DNA of 64,000 nt from a bacterium (GTDB lineage Bacteria; UBA8248), in the NCBI GenBank assembly GCA_965221165.1, contig CBDCRP010000002.1:320001-384000 (forward strand), written 5' to 3'. Of this stretch, positions 39,331 to 47,563 are shown piece by piece (positions within the stretch are counted from its first letter, which is position 1; every line of letters starts with the position of its first letter). The notes under the pieces were generated by a model. That model was not told the origin of the DNA and ran no database searches. It saw nothing but the letters and a program-made list of their open reading frames with translations. Both the position numbers and the translations under genes were made by a program.

Positions 39331-40158
39331 ATGGACAAGCAAATTTCTTTACGAGAAGCCGCTTCCCTCATCGAGGATGGAGATGCGATTAGTCCCGGCG
39401 GCACTCTTCTGCACAGGACTCCTGCCGCCCTCGTGCGCGAAATCGCGCGCGCAGGCACCCGGCGTCTAACGCTCATCAAGCCTTCCCCCGGCTATGACGC
39501 CGACCTCCTTTGCGCCGCAGGCGCCGTCGAGAGGGTCATCAGCGGTATCGTCACATTCGAGGCGGAATTCGGATTAGCGCCCCAATATCGAAAGGTGATT
39601 GAGAAAGGGTTGACCGGCCTCACCGAACACGCCTGAGCCAGCGTTCTCGCTGGGCTGCGGGCCGCAGCCTACGGCATCCCTTTTCAGCCCATTCGTGGAT
39701 TCACGGGGAGCGACATTCCGGAGCAAAGCGGTATTTTCACGATTGAAGACCCGTACACGAAAGAGGAACTCTACGCGATTCCCGCCCTCAAACCGGACTG
39801 GGCATTGATTCACGTTCAAAAATCAGACGCGCAGGGAAACGCCCAAATTCTGGGCAACCAGCAGTTTGACGTTGAAATGACGCGCGCGGCGCAAAAAGGG
39901 GTCATTCTCACAACCGAGAAAATCGTTGACCCCGAAGAACTCGCAGCGGAACCCGAGAGAACCACCATACCGGGTTTTCTCGTCAAAGCGGTCGTGGAAA
40001 CGCCGGGAGGGGCGTCTCCTTGCAGTTGCCATCCATACTACGGGGTCGATAAGGATGAAATGGGTCGTTACCTGGCCCTGACCCAAAGCAAGGATGGACT
40101 TGGGGAATATCTTGCCGGTACCGACCAGACACACACGCAAGACGCGTTGAGAAGATAG
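39331..40158 (+). CDS. CoA-transferase family I subunit A (GctA/CatI/IpdA-like) with in-frame UGA, putative Sec102
   Basis: ORFs ending at 39636 and starting at 39805 are one frame with only TGA 39634-39636 between them: TEHA-U-ASVLAGLRAAAYGIPFQPIRGFTGSD...PALKPDWALIHVQKSDAQGN. 275 aa, full family length. Confidence 0.85.
39637..39670 (+). promoter_or_regulatory. Putative bacterial SECIS element
   Basis: Hairpin GGCTGCG-GGC-CGCAGCC (39653-39669) with the loop starting at +24 from the UGA. It is preceded by a second hairpin, CCAGCG-TTCT-CGCTGG. Confidence 0.55.
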
Positions 40159-40160
40159 CG

Positions 40161-40913
40161 ATGGGCAATCGCCTGGCTTCGTTGCCTGAACACGTCATCC
40201 GCGCCGGAAACCAGATGGTCGTCACGCTGTCGCACCTCATCGAAGATGGTGACAAAGTGTTTCACGGGGTCAACTCTCCGCTTCCGATGGTTGCGATTTT
40301 TTTGGCCAAAAAACGACACGCGCCCAACTGCATGCTCATAGAAGTCGCGGGTTCCGTGGACCCGAAACCACGCTTCATGCCGAATAGCACGGCCGACCCC
40401 GAACTCTGCCACGGCGCGGCTTCAATGTTCTACAACCCGGACATGTACGATCTTTTTGCACGTGGAGAGATGGACCTCGCTTTTCTGGGCGCCGCCCAAC
40501 TCGATAAGCAAGGACGAGCCAACATGAGCTATATCGGCGACCCGTTTCACCCGAAAGTCAGGCTCCCCGGTGGAGGGGGAGGCTCCGTCATCATGCCCCA
40601 GGTGAAACGAACGGTTATTTGGCGAACGGTGCACGACAGGCGATTTCTCGTGCCGAGGGTCGATTTTTCGACGCAATCCGGAAATCTGAGCCACGTGGTG
40701 ACATCCATCGCCTTGTTTGAAAAAAAATCGACAGGGCTCGAACTCGCCAGCGTTCACGCGGGTCATTCGATGGATGAAGTGGTCGAGAAAACCGGATTTG
40801 ATTTGCATCGCCCGAACGTTGTCGCGCAAACGCCCCTGCCGAGCGCCGATGAACTAAGCGCTTTGGAGGAACTCGACCCGGATGGCGTGCGCTTTTCAGA
40901 ATTTCGTGTATAA
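40161..40913 (+). CDS. CoA-transferase family I subunit B (GctB/CatJ-like)
   Basis: FLGAAQLDKQGRAN, RLPGGGG, FLVPRVDF and ELASVHAG. Starts 2 nt after the stop of subunit A. Confidence 0.88.
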   Translation: MGNRLASLPEHVIRAGNQMVVTLSHLIEDGDKVFHGVNSPLPMVAIFLAKKRHAPNCMLIEVAGSVDPKPRFMPNSTADPELCHGAASMFYNPDMYDLFARGEMDLAFLGAAQLDKQGRANMSYIGDPFHPKVRLPGGGGGSVIMPQVKRTVIWRTVHDRRFLVPRVDFSTQSGNLSHVVTSIALFEKKSTGLELASVHAGHSMDEVVEKTGFDLHRPNVVAQTPLPSADELSALEELDPDGVRFSEFRV

Positions 40914-40998
40914 ATCACGCTACTTTGATTGAAACGGCAATGATCCCATTGCCACTTGGCGTTGATGGTTTTTGATATGAAGGATATCGGAGAATTTG

Positions 40999-41640
40999 AT
41001 GAGCAGTGAATTGATGAATCGTTTGAAAAACTATTCTGCCTGCCAGGCGGCGGACGCCTTCGATAAATTAAATATCAGAGGCCACATGCCCGACATCATC
41101 CTGTTGTCCCCCGACCCGGATTACCGAATGGTGGGCGAGGCCCATACCGTTCGGATGGTTCCCGCCGGCGGCGGCGCTCTGCCCAAACGCGAGGCCCACC
41201 ATATCGACGCGGCGCCCGGGGGGAGCATCGTCGTCATCAGCATCCCCTCTGGGGTGACGACGGCCAACTGGGGCGGGATGATGAGCACGCGGGCGAAAAT
41301 GATGAACCTGGGCGGAGTCGTCCTGGACGGCAGAGCCAGGGATATCGAAGAACACCGCCAGATGGGATACCCCGTGTTCGCCAGAGGGGTGTCTGTTCAC
41401 GGCAGCGGCGGATATACGGTTCCCATCAGCGTGGGAGAACCGATCAATTGCGGGGGCGTCGCGGTAAGGCAGGGAGACGTCATTCTGGGAGACGTCAACG
41501 GTGTGGTCGTCATCCCCAGGGAAAGGCTCGAGGAAGTCATCGATAAAATGGATGAATTGGCGAAAATTGAAGAAAAAATCATCTCTGAGTTGGAAAAAGG
41601 CGCGAGCATCGGCGAGACGTTCGCCAAGTATCGAGGCTAG
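40999..41640 (+). CDS. RraA-family HMG/CHA aldolase / oxaloacetate decarboxylase-like protein
   Basis: ANWGGMMS, DGRARDIEE and GDVILGDVNGVVVIP. Confidence 0.85.
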   Translation: MSSELMNRLKNYSACQAADAFDKLNIRGHMPDIILLSPDPDYRMVGEAHTVRMVPAGGGALPKREAHHIDAAPGGSIVVISIPSGVTTANWGGMMSTRAKMMNLGGVVLDGRARDIEEHRQMGYPVFARGVSVHGSGGYTVPISVGEPINCGGVAVRQGDVILGDVNGVVVIPRERLEEVIDKMDELAKIEEKIISELEKGASIGETFAKYRG

Positions 41641-41772
41641 CCCAATACCACGACAACCACCCGAATACGCAATTTCATGAAATTTACTGAAAAGGCTTAT
41701 CCATCTGGCAGCAACAGATGAACCTGATATAATGCCGACGTAATTTAAGAAATCCGCCCCAGATAAGCTCAA

Positions 41773-42435
41773 ATGAAACCAAAAAACATCCTATCGCACA
41801 TCATCCCCTCGCCGGGTTTCATCATTTGTTTGTTTTTTTTCATTTCTTTGGGTGGTTGCGCCTTCTACCCTATGTCAATGGGCCACTATATCCAGGGCGG
41901 GGATTTACACGGCATCGCCTCTTGGTATGGGAACCCCTACCACGGGCGCAAGACGGCGAATGGCGAAACCTACGATATGCACGCGCTCACGGCCGCGCAC
42001 CGCACCCTGCCCTTTGGTTCAAGGGTACGGGTGCGCAGAAGCGACGACGGGCGGGAAGTGGAAGTCCGGATTAACGATCGCGGCCCCTTTTTCATAAACC
42101 GCGTTATCGACCTCTCGCAAGAGGCCGCTCGTAGAATCGGCATGTTGCGCAGCGGCACAACCCAGGTTCAGGTCGAGCCCCTCTATGTCCCCCGAGAATT
42201 GAATTCGAAATGGATGATCCTGGTGGGCGGTTTCACCCAAAAGCCAGAGGCGCAAGAATTCGCCGATTACTTTCACCGCAACGGCACGACTTCTGAAATC
42301 CGGCCCGGCTGGCACGGGAACTACAACCACTACCATGTGCAGATCAGAGGATTGGGCCGGGAGAGAAAAGCAAAGAGATTAGTCCAAAAGTTGCAGCGCA
42401 ACGGATACGGGGCATTCATCGTGCGGGCGAAATAA
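41773..42435 (+). CDS. rlpA: Septal ring lytic transglycosylase RlpA family lipoprotein with SPOR domain
   Basis: Lipobox LGGC, ASWYG..HGRKTANGE, TAAHRTLP and RINDRGPF. Confidence 0.9.
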   Translation: MKPKNILSHIIPSPGFIICLFFFISLGGCAFYPMSMGHYIQGGDLHGIASWYGNPYHGRKTANGETYDMHALTAAHRTLPFGSRVRVRRSDDGREVEVRINDRGPFFINRVIDLSQEAARRIGMLRSGTTQVQVEPLYVPRELNSKWMILVGGFTQKPEAQEFADYFHRNGTTSEIRPGWHGNYNHYHVQIRGLGRERKAKRLVQKLQRNGYGAFIVRAK

Positions 42436-42440
42436 AGAAT

Positions 42441-44513
42441 TTAATTCTTCTGGAGCGCTTTTTCGATAGCACTCAGATCCGTGAGCGGTTCCTTGCAAGT
42501 GAAATTTTCACACAGATACACGGTGGTTCGTCCATCCACCATGGATTTCCCGTCGAGCAGGGGCACTGTGGCATCTGCTTCTTCGCCTGATGATTCCGAC
42601 TTGAAAGCCAAAACTTTGTTGGGAATAAAGCGCGAATCAACGGCCCTGAGAGTTGCGCGCGTATCTTCTGAGTCCCTCTCGCCGACAATCGCCACCTCCA
42701 CCGGGGAGTCGAGACAAAAATCCAACGCCACCAGCATCATATGAAAGGCGGCCGGTGCGCGGTCCAGATATTCACCAAACGAGCGCAACACACCCAAGCC
42801 GCATTCCGCGAATTCAGCCTCGCCCGAGAGTTTCGCCAATTTCAGCAAACCCAGCGCCGCCATGGAGTTCCCGCTCGGAGTGGCGCCATCCTGCGTCATT
42901 TTCTTTCTCACGATGAGTTGTTCATGATCGTGGGCCGTAAAGAAAAATGCGCCGCCCTCGTCATCCCAATATCGCGATATCATCTCCCTCGCCAAATCCG
43001 AGGCCGCGCGAATCCACCGGGGCTCAAAGCTCGCCTCGTATAAATCCACCAGACCCACGATCAGAAAAGCATAATCATCGAGATACGCGTTGAACTTGCT
43101 CACGCCTGCCCGGTGGCTCCTCAACAAGCCCCGCTCATCGCGCATGTTGTTCAAAATAAAATCCGCCGCCTTGCCCGCTTCGTCAATATAGGGGCGGTGC
43201 TCCATAATCCTGCCCGCCAAGGCCATCGAGCCAATCATGAGCCCGTTCCAACTCGTGAGAATTTTATCGTCCAGACCAGGCTTCACGCGCCCTTCCCGCT
43301 CGGCAAAGAGTTTTGCGCGTCCCCTTTGCAAAATCTCAAAGAGCTTTTCTTCGGTGATTCCCACTTCTTTGGCGAAAACGCGGGGTGGTTTCTGGATGAA
43401 CAATGCGGAGGTTTTCCCCTCGAAGTTCCCCTCATCCGTCACACTATAGAACCGGCAGAATATGTCCGCTTCATCCTTCCCGAGAATCTCCTCTATCTGC
43501 TCGGGACGCCATACGAAGAACTTCCCCTCCTCGCCCTCGCTGTCGGCATCCTGCGCAGAATAGAATCCGCCGTCCGGGCTGGTCATTTCACGCAAGACGT
43601 AATCAAGCGTATCCCCCACCACGGAGCGATAAAACGCGCTTCCCGTCGCTTGATAGGCCTCAAGGTACACCCTGGATAAGAGACCATTGTCATACAGCAT
43701 TTTTTCGAAGTGCGGGATGAGCCAGTAAGCATCCACGCTATATCGGTGAAACCCGCCGCCGAGTTGATCATACATCCCGCCCAGCGCCATCCTCTGGAGC
43801 GTTATCTCGATCATCTTCAGCAATTCCTGATCCCGGGATCGTCTCCACTTTCTCAAAAGCAACATCAACGCCATGGAAGGTGGGAATTTTGGAGCTTGCC
43901 CAAAACCACCCCAAGTAGAGTCGAATCGATCCTTCAGTTCTCGCGCGGCTTTGTCGATCCACTCCGCTTTCAAATCACCATTTGTGGATGCAACGACTCC
44001 CATTTGCTGCAAATTCGCCGTTATGCTCTCCGCGTTATCCTGCAAATCCTCTTGTCTCGTCCGATAAACTTCGGCCAGCCTCAAGAGCACGTTCTTGAAG
44101 CCGGGCCTGCCCCATTTGTCATGTGGTGGAAAATATGTACCCCCAAAGAAGGGCCGTAAGTCCGGGAGCAGAAAAACGCTCATGGGCCACCCACCCTGGC
44201 CCGTCATCATCTGCACCGCCTCCATATAGATCCCATCGATATCGGGACGCTCTTCGCGATCCACCTTGATGGAGACGAAATGCTCGTTCAGGATTTTGGC
44301 GATTTCCTCATCCTCGAAACTCTCATGCTCCATCACATGGCACCAGTGGCAAGCGGAGTAGCCGACGGATAAAAAGATGGGCTTGTTTTCTTCTCTCGAT
44401 ATGCGGAGCGCATCCTCGCCCCAGGGATACCACTGCACCGGATTGTATTGATGCTGCAAGAGATAGGGGCTCGTCTCCTGTGCGAGGCGGTTCTGCTGCT
44501 GGGGCTGATTCAT
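42441..44513 (-). CDS. YyaL/SPATA20 family thioredoxin-domain protein
   Basis: [26 protein letters not shown] and HFEKMLYDN. Confidence 0.92.
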   Translation of the reverse strand: MNQPQQQNRLAQETSPYLLQHQYNPVQWYPWGEDALRISREENKPIFLSVGYSACHWCHVMEHESFEDEEIAKILNEHFVSIKVDREERPDIDGIYMEAVQMMTGQGGWPMSVFLLPDLRPFFGGTYFPPHDKWGRPGFKNVLLRLAEVYRTRQEDLQDNAESITANLQQMGVVASTNGDLKAEWIDKAARELKDRFDSTWGGFGQAPKFPPSMALMLLLRKWRRSRDQELLKMIEITLQRMALGGMYDQLGGGFHRYSVDAYWLIPHFEKMLYDNGLLSRVYLEAYQATGSAFYRSVVGDTLDYVLREMTSPDGGFYSAQDADSEGEEGKFFVWRPEQIEEILGKDEADIFCRFYSVTDEGNFEGKTSALFIQKPPRVFAKEVGITEEKLFEILQRGRAKLFAEREGRVKPGLDDKILTSWNGLMIGSMALAGRIMEHRPYIDEAGKAADFILNNMRDERGLLRSHRAGVSKFNAYLDDYAFLIVGLVDLYEASFEPRWIRAASDLAREMISRYWDDEGGAFFFTAHDHEQLIVRKKMTQDGATPSGNSMAALGLLKLAKLSGEAEFAECGLGVLRSFGEYLDRAPAAFHMMLVALDFCLDSPVEVAIVGERDSEDTRATLRAVDSRFIPNKVLAFKSESSGEEADATVPLLDGKSMVDGRTTVYLCENFTCKEPLTDLSAIEKALQKN

Positions 44514-44586
44514 GAATTCCTCATATGAATGGATGGGAAACCGCTAGCCACAAAAGGATGCCTGCCGACAGGGTATGGGAGAATGT

Positions 44587-45090
44587 TCAACAAAACAATT
44601 CCGGCTGGGGAGCTATTTGCGCGTGTGTCTCCACACGCCCGTCTCCACGGATATGCGATATATCCTCATCAAAACTCTCCGCCCAGGCAGCGGATATCAG
44701 GTGGAGGCGATGACAATTTTGGGGATTCTCCTCCGCGCAGAGAATCGCCGTGGGCGTTTTTTCCGCCTGTTCTCTCAGGCGTTCCATAGCGCGGATAAAA
44801 TTTTCACTACGCCTCACTTTTATCCAGTCAATGCACCCTTTGGCGTCAAAGAACTCCGGATTTTTCCTGAAATCGCGTTTTCCGCCCAGCGCCTCTCCCT
44901 CCCAGACATATGCGATGTTTCTCGATGAGAAGCTCAGTCCCATTTTTTCTCTGTTGTACTGTGGATTTCTTCTGCTGTAGGGAATGCTGCGCACATCCAC
45001 CACGCATGCGATGCCGTGGCAGCTCAGCAAGTCCAGGAATTTCTCTGCACTGTGGTTGCTATGGCCTATCGTCCAAAGCGGATGTTTCAA
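44587..45090 (-). CDS. DUF488 family protein
   Basis: WTIGHSNH, VDVRSIPYS and CAEENPQNCHR. Confidence 0.85.
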   Translation of the reverse strand: MKHPLWTIGHSNHSAEKFLDLLSCHGIACVVDVRSIPYSRRNPQYNREKMGLSFSSRNIAYVWEGEALGGKRDFRKNPEFFDAKGCIDWIKVRRSENFIRAMERLREQAEKTPTAILCAEENPQNCHRLHLISAAWAESFDEDISHIRGDGRVETHAQIAPQPELFC

Positions 45091-46427
45091 ACGAGGCCTC
45101 CCATGAGAGTCGCCGCAATCTCGCAGCCACGATGAAAAATCTCTACGTCGATATTCTCATCCGGGGCATGGGTGTTTGAATCCGCATTGGCGAGGGGGAA
45201 CCACACGGACGGGATGCCTAGATCCCTCGTGAACATGCTGTCGGGCACACTGCCGCCGAAGTTCGGATAGATGACGGGCTCGACTCCGTAACCGCCGACG
45301 GCCTTGATCACCCTTTGCACAAAAGGGTCGTCCGCAGGTGTCTTGCTGGCATCGAACGTGGCCATCTTGCGCACCTCGATGTCCTCGAAGCCCTCTGCTC
45401 TCAAAAACGAACACACGTCCTCGAAAAGCCTGTCCGGGTCCTGCTCCACCACGAGGCGGAAATCCAGCTTGGCGCGCACGGAGCCCGGGAGGACCGTTTT
45501 CATGCCATCTTGAGAATATCCCCCCTGGAATCCACAGATGTTCAGGTTCGGCTGCGTGAGAGATTTCGTATAAAAGGCGGAAAGATCCGGAATCCGGTCG
45601 GCGCCTTCTCCGATGACGGCCCGAAGCTCCGCCTCCGGATCGGGAATTCCGTCCAGAGCATCCCGATCGGCATCGCCAATCGGGAGCACGGATTCATAAA
45701 ATCCAGGCACGCGCACCCTTCCTTCGCCGTCGCGCAGACACTGCACGGCATCCATGAGGCGCCAGAATGGATTCGGGGCCGGCCCGCCATAAGACCCGGA
45801 ATGGAGGTCCTTGCCGACGCCGTGCGCAATAAGCTCGATATAGAGCAATCCCCTGCAACCCAAAGAAAGCGTTGGCCTGCCCGATGGGTGCAAGGAACCA
45901 TCCGAAGAGCAGGCGATATCGGCCTTCAGCAACTCTTTGTTCGCCAGTATGAATTTCCTCAGGTTGGGAGAACCCATTTCCTCTTCCCCCTCTATCAAAA
46001 ACTTGAGGGTGATGGGCATCTCCGTGTTCGTTCGGTAGTAGGCTTCCACCGCCTTGATCTGGGCGAAATGCTGGCCCTTGTTGTCTCCCGCCCCACGGGC
46101 ATAGAGGCGGCCATCGCGCATTTGGGGCTCGAATGGCTCGGAACTCCAGCCCTCGGATATATCGGCCGGCTGAACGTCATAGTGGCCATAGATCAGCATG
46201 GTCGGGGCATCTGGAGGCCCCTCCACTTCTCCGTACACGAGAGAAATACCCTCGGTCGGTAAAATATCCGCCTCGATACGTGCACTTTTCATCAATTCCA
46301 CCAAATGCGCCGCCGCCTCCTCGACACCGATACCCAAAGTGCTGATGGAGGGCATTTTGAGATATTCGATGAGTTCCGTCAGGTTTTGCTCCCTTCTCGA
46401 TCGCAGAAAATCGATCACCGTCGACAT
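45087..46427 (-). CDS. M20/M25/M40 family metallohydrolase (dipeptidase-like)
   Basis: YGHYDVQP, ARGAGDNKG, EGEEEMGS and HAPDE. Confidence 0.9.
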   Translation of the reverse strand: MSTVIDFLRSRREQNLTELIEYLKMPSISTLGIGVEEAAAHLVELMKSARIEADILPTEGISLVYGEVEGPPDAPTMLIYGHYDVQPADISEGWSSEPFEPQMRDGRLYARGAGDNKGQHFAQIKAVEAYYRTNTEMPITLKFLIEGEEEMGSPNLRKFILANKELLKADIACSSDGSLHPSGRPTLSLGCRGLLYIELIAHGVGKDLHSGSYGGPAPNPFWRLMDAVQCLRDGEGRVRVPGFYESVLPIGDADRDALDGIPDPEAELRAVIGEGADRIPDLSAFYTKSLTQPNLNICGFQGGYSQDGMKTVLPGSVRAKLDFRLVVEQDPDRLFEDVCSFLRAEGFEDIEVRKMATFDASKTPADDPFVQRVIKAVGGYGVEPVIYPNFGGSVPDSMFTRDLGIPSVWFPLANADSNTHAPDENIDVEIFHRGCEIAATLMGGLV

Positions 46428-46549
46428 TCAACTCTCCTCTGCAACAAGCCTAACTGGCGAGGATGTTGCCGAAATTGTTTCTCCAGATTATCCTCAGACA
46501 TGGCATGAACCTGCCAAATTCTTTTGCGCCGCGTAAAAGTGGACTATTC

Positions 46550-47560
46550 ATGATTCAATCTGTTCTTAGCACAATTCATCGCTTTTTCAAGGTCATCCGC
46601 ATAAGACGGCTCTTGCTCCTCATCTTCGCCATGTTGATGGTGACAAGCTGCGCTCGCCCCCGCACATTGGGTCTTACTCCTGCTCCCGCAGGAAACTATG
46701 GCCATCAGGAAAGCTATGTAGAACTGCCATCAAGCATTGCAAACGCCCCGATATCGGGGTATCTGGCGCGCCCTTTGGGAGAGGGGAGATATCCTTGCGT
46801 CATATTGCTGCACGGTAAAGGCGGTTGGTGGCAGGCATACATCCGCTACGCCAGAAAACTCGCAAGCCACGGATTTTCATCTTTAATCATCAATTATTTC
46901 TCGGTGCACCAAGTGGACCTCTCGGGCCTCACGACGCCATTCGCTCGACGAAAATTAAATTTTGAGCGTCAAAATGAAGATATCAATCGAGCCGTATCCG
47001 CCTTTGCGAAAAGCGCGCATTGCACCAAAAACAAGATCGCTCTCATCGGATTCTCTCTCGGCGCGGATAAGGCTTTCAGGGCGGCCGCGTCGCTTCCGGA
47101 AGTGGGTGCCGTAGTAGCCTACTATGGGCCATATGATTATGTTTCTCTCATCAAAAAGCGCATCAACTCTGTAGTCCTCGCCCTTGCGACCCAAGATTTG
47201 CTCCGCTGGAAAAGATATTTGGAACTACACAGCCCTGCCAACAAGATACGGAACACAAAAGCTTCCGCCCTGATGTTTCATGGCGTGGTGGATGGGGTGA
47301 TTCCCGCGCAGCAGTCACTCACCATGATGAAAAGACTACGCGCAAGAACATCAGGCCACGCAGAACTGAAACTTTATGAGGGCACCGGCCACAATTTTGT
47401 TCTCAGAAGAAGCACTCCTCTGGAAAGAGAAGACTCGATTCGGCGGGTATTGGTTTTCCTCAAAAACCACCTGCCCCAAATCCGGGATCTGCCCAAAGCG
47501 AATGATATGGGTAAAAAGCGAGCAACCTTTCGCCCCAAATACAGAAAACAGGACGGTTGA
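46550..47560 (+). CDS. Dienelactone hydrolase family alpha/beta hydrolase, probable lipoprotein
   Basis: Lipobox VTSC, LHG, GFSLG, HGVVD and GHNF. The start is uncertain. Confidence 0.75.
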   Translation: MIQSVLSTIHRFFKVIRIRRLLLLIFAMLMVTSCARPRTLGLTPAPAGNYGHQESYVELPSSIANAPISGYLARPLGEGRYPCVILLHGKGGWWQAYIRYARKLASHGFSSLIINYFSVHQVDLSGLTTPFARRKLNFERQNEDINRAVSAFAKSAHCTKNKIALIGFSLGADKAFRAAASLPEVGAVVAYYGPYDYVSLIKKRINSVVLALATQDLLRWKRYLELHSPANKIRNTKASALMFHGVVDGVIPAQQSLTMMKRLRARTSGHAELKLYEGTGHNFVLRRSTPLEREDSIRRVLVFLKNHLPQIRDLPKANDMGKKRATFRPKYRKQDG

Positions 47561-47563
47561 TAA

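Noticed and set aside
44560-44592. DUF488 ending TGT-TGA as a C-terminal Cys-Sec motif
   Set aside because: The domain is already complete, the read-through tail is short and featureless, and I see no convincing hairpin.
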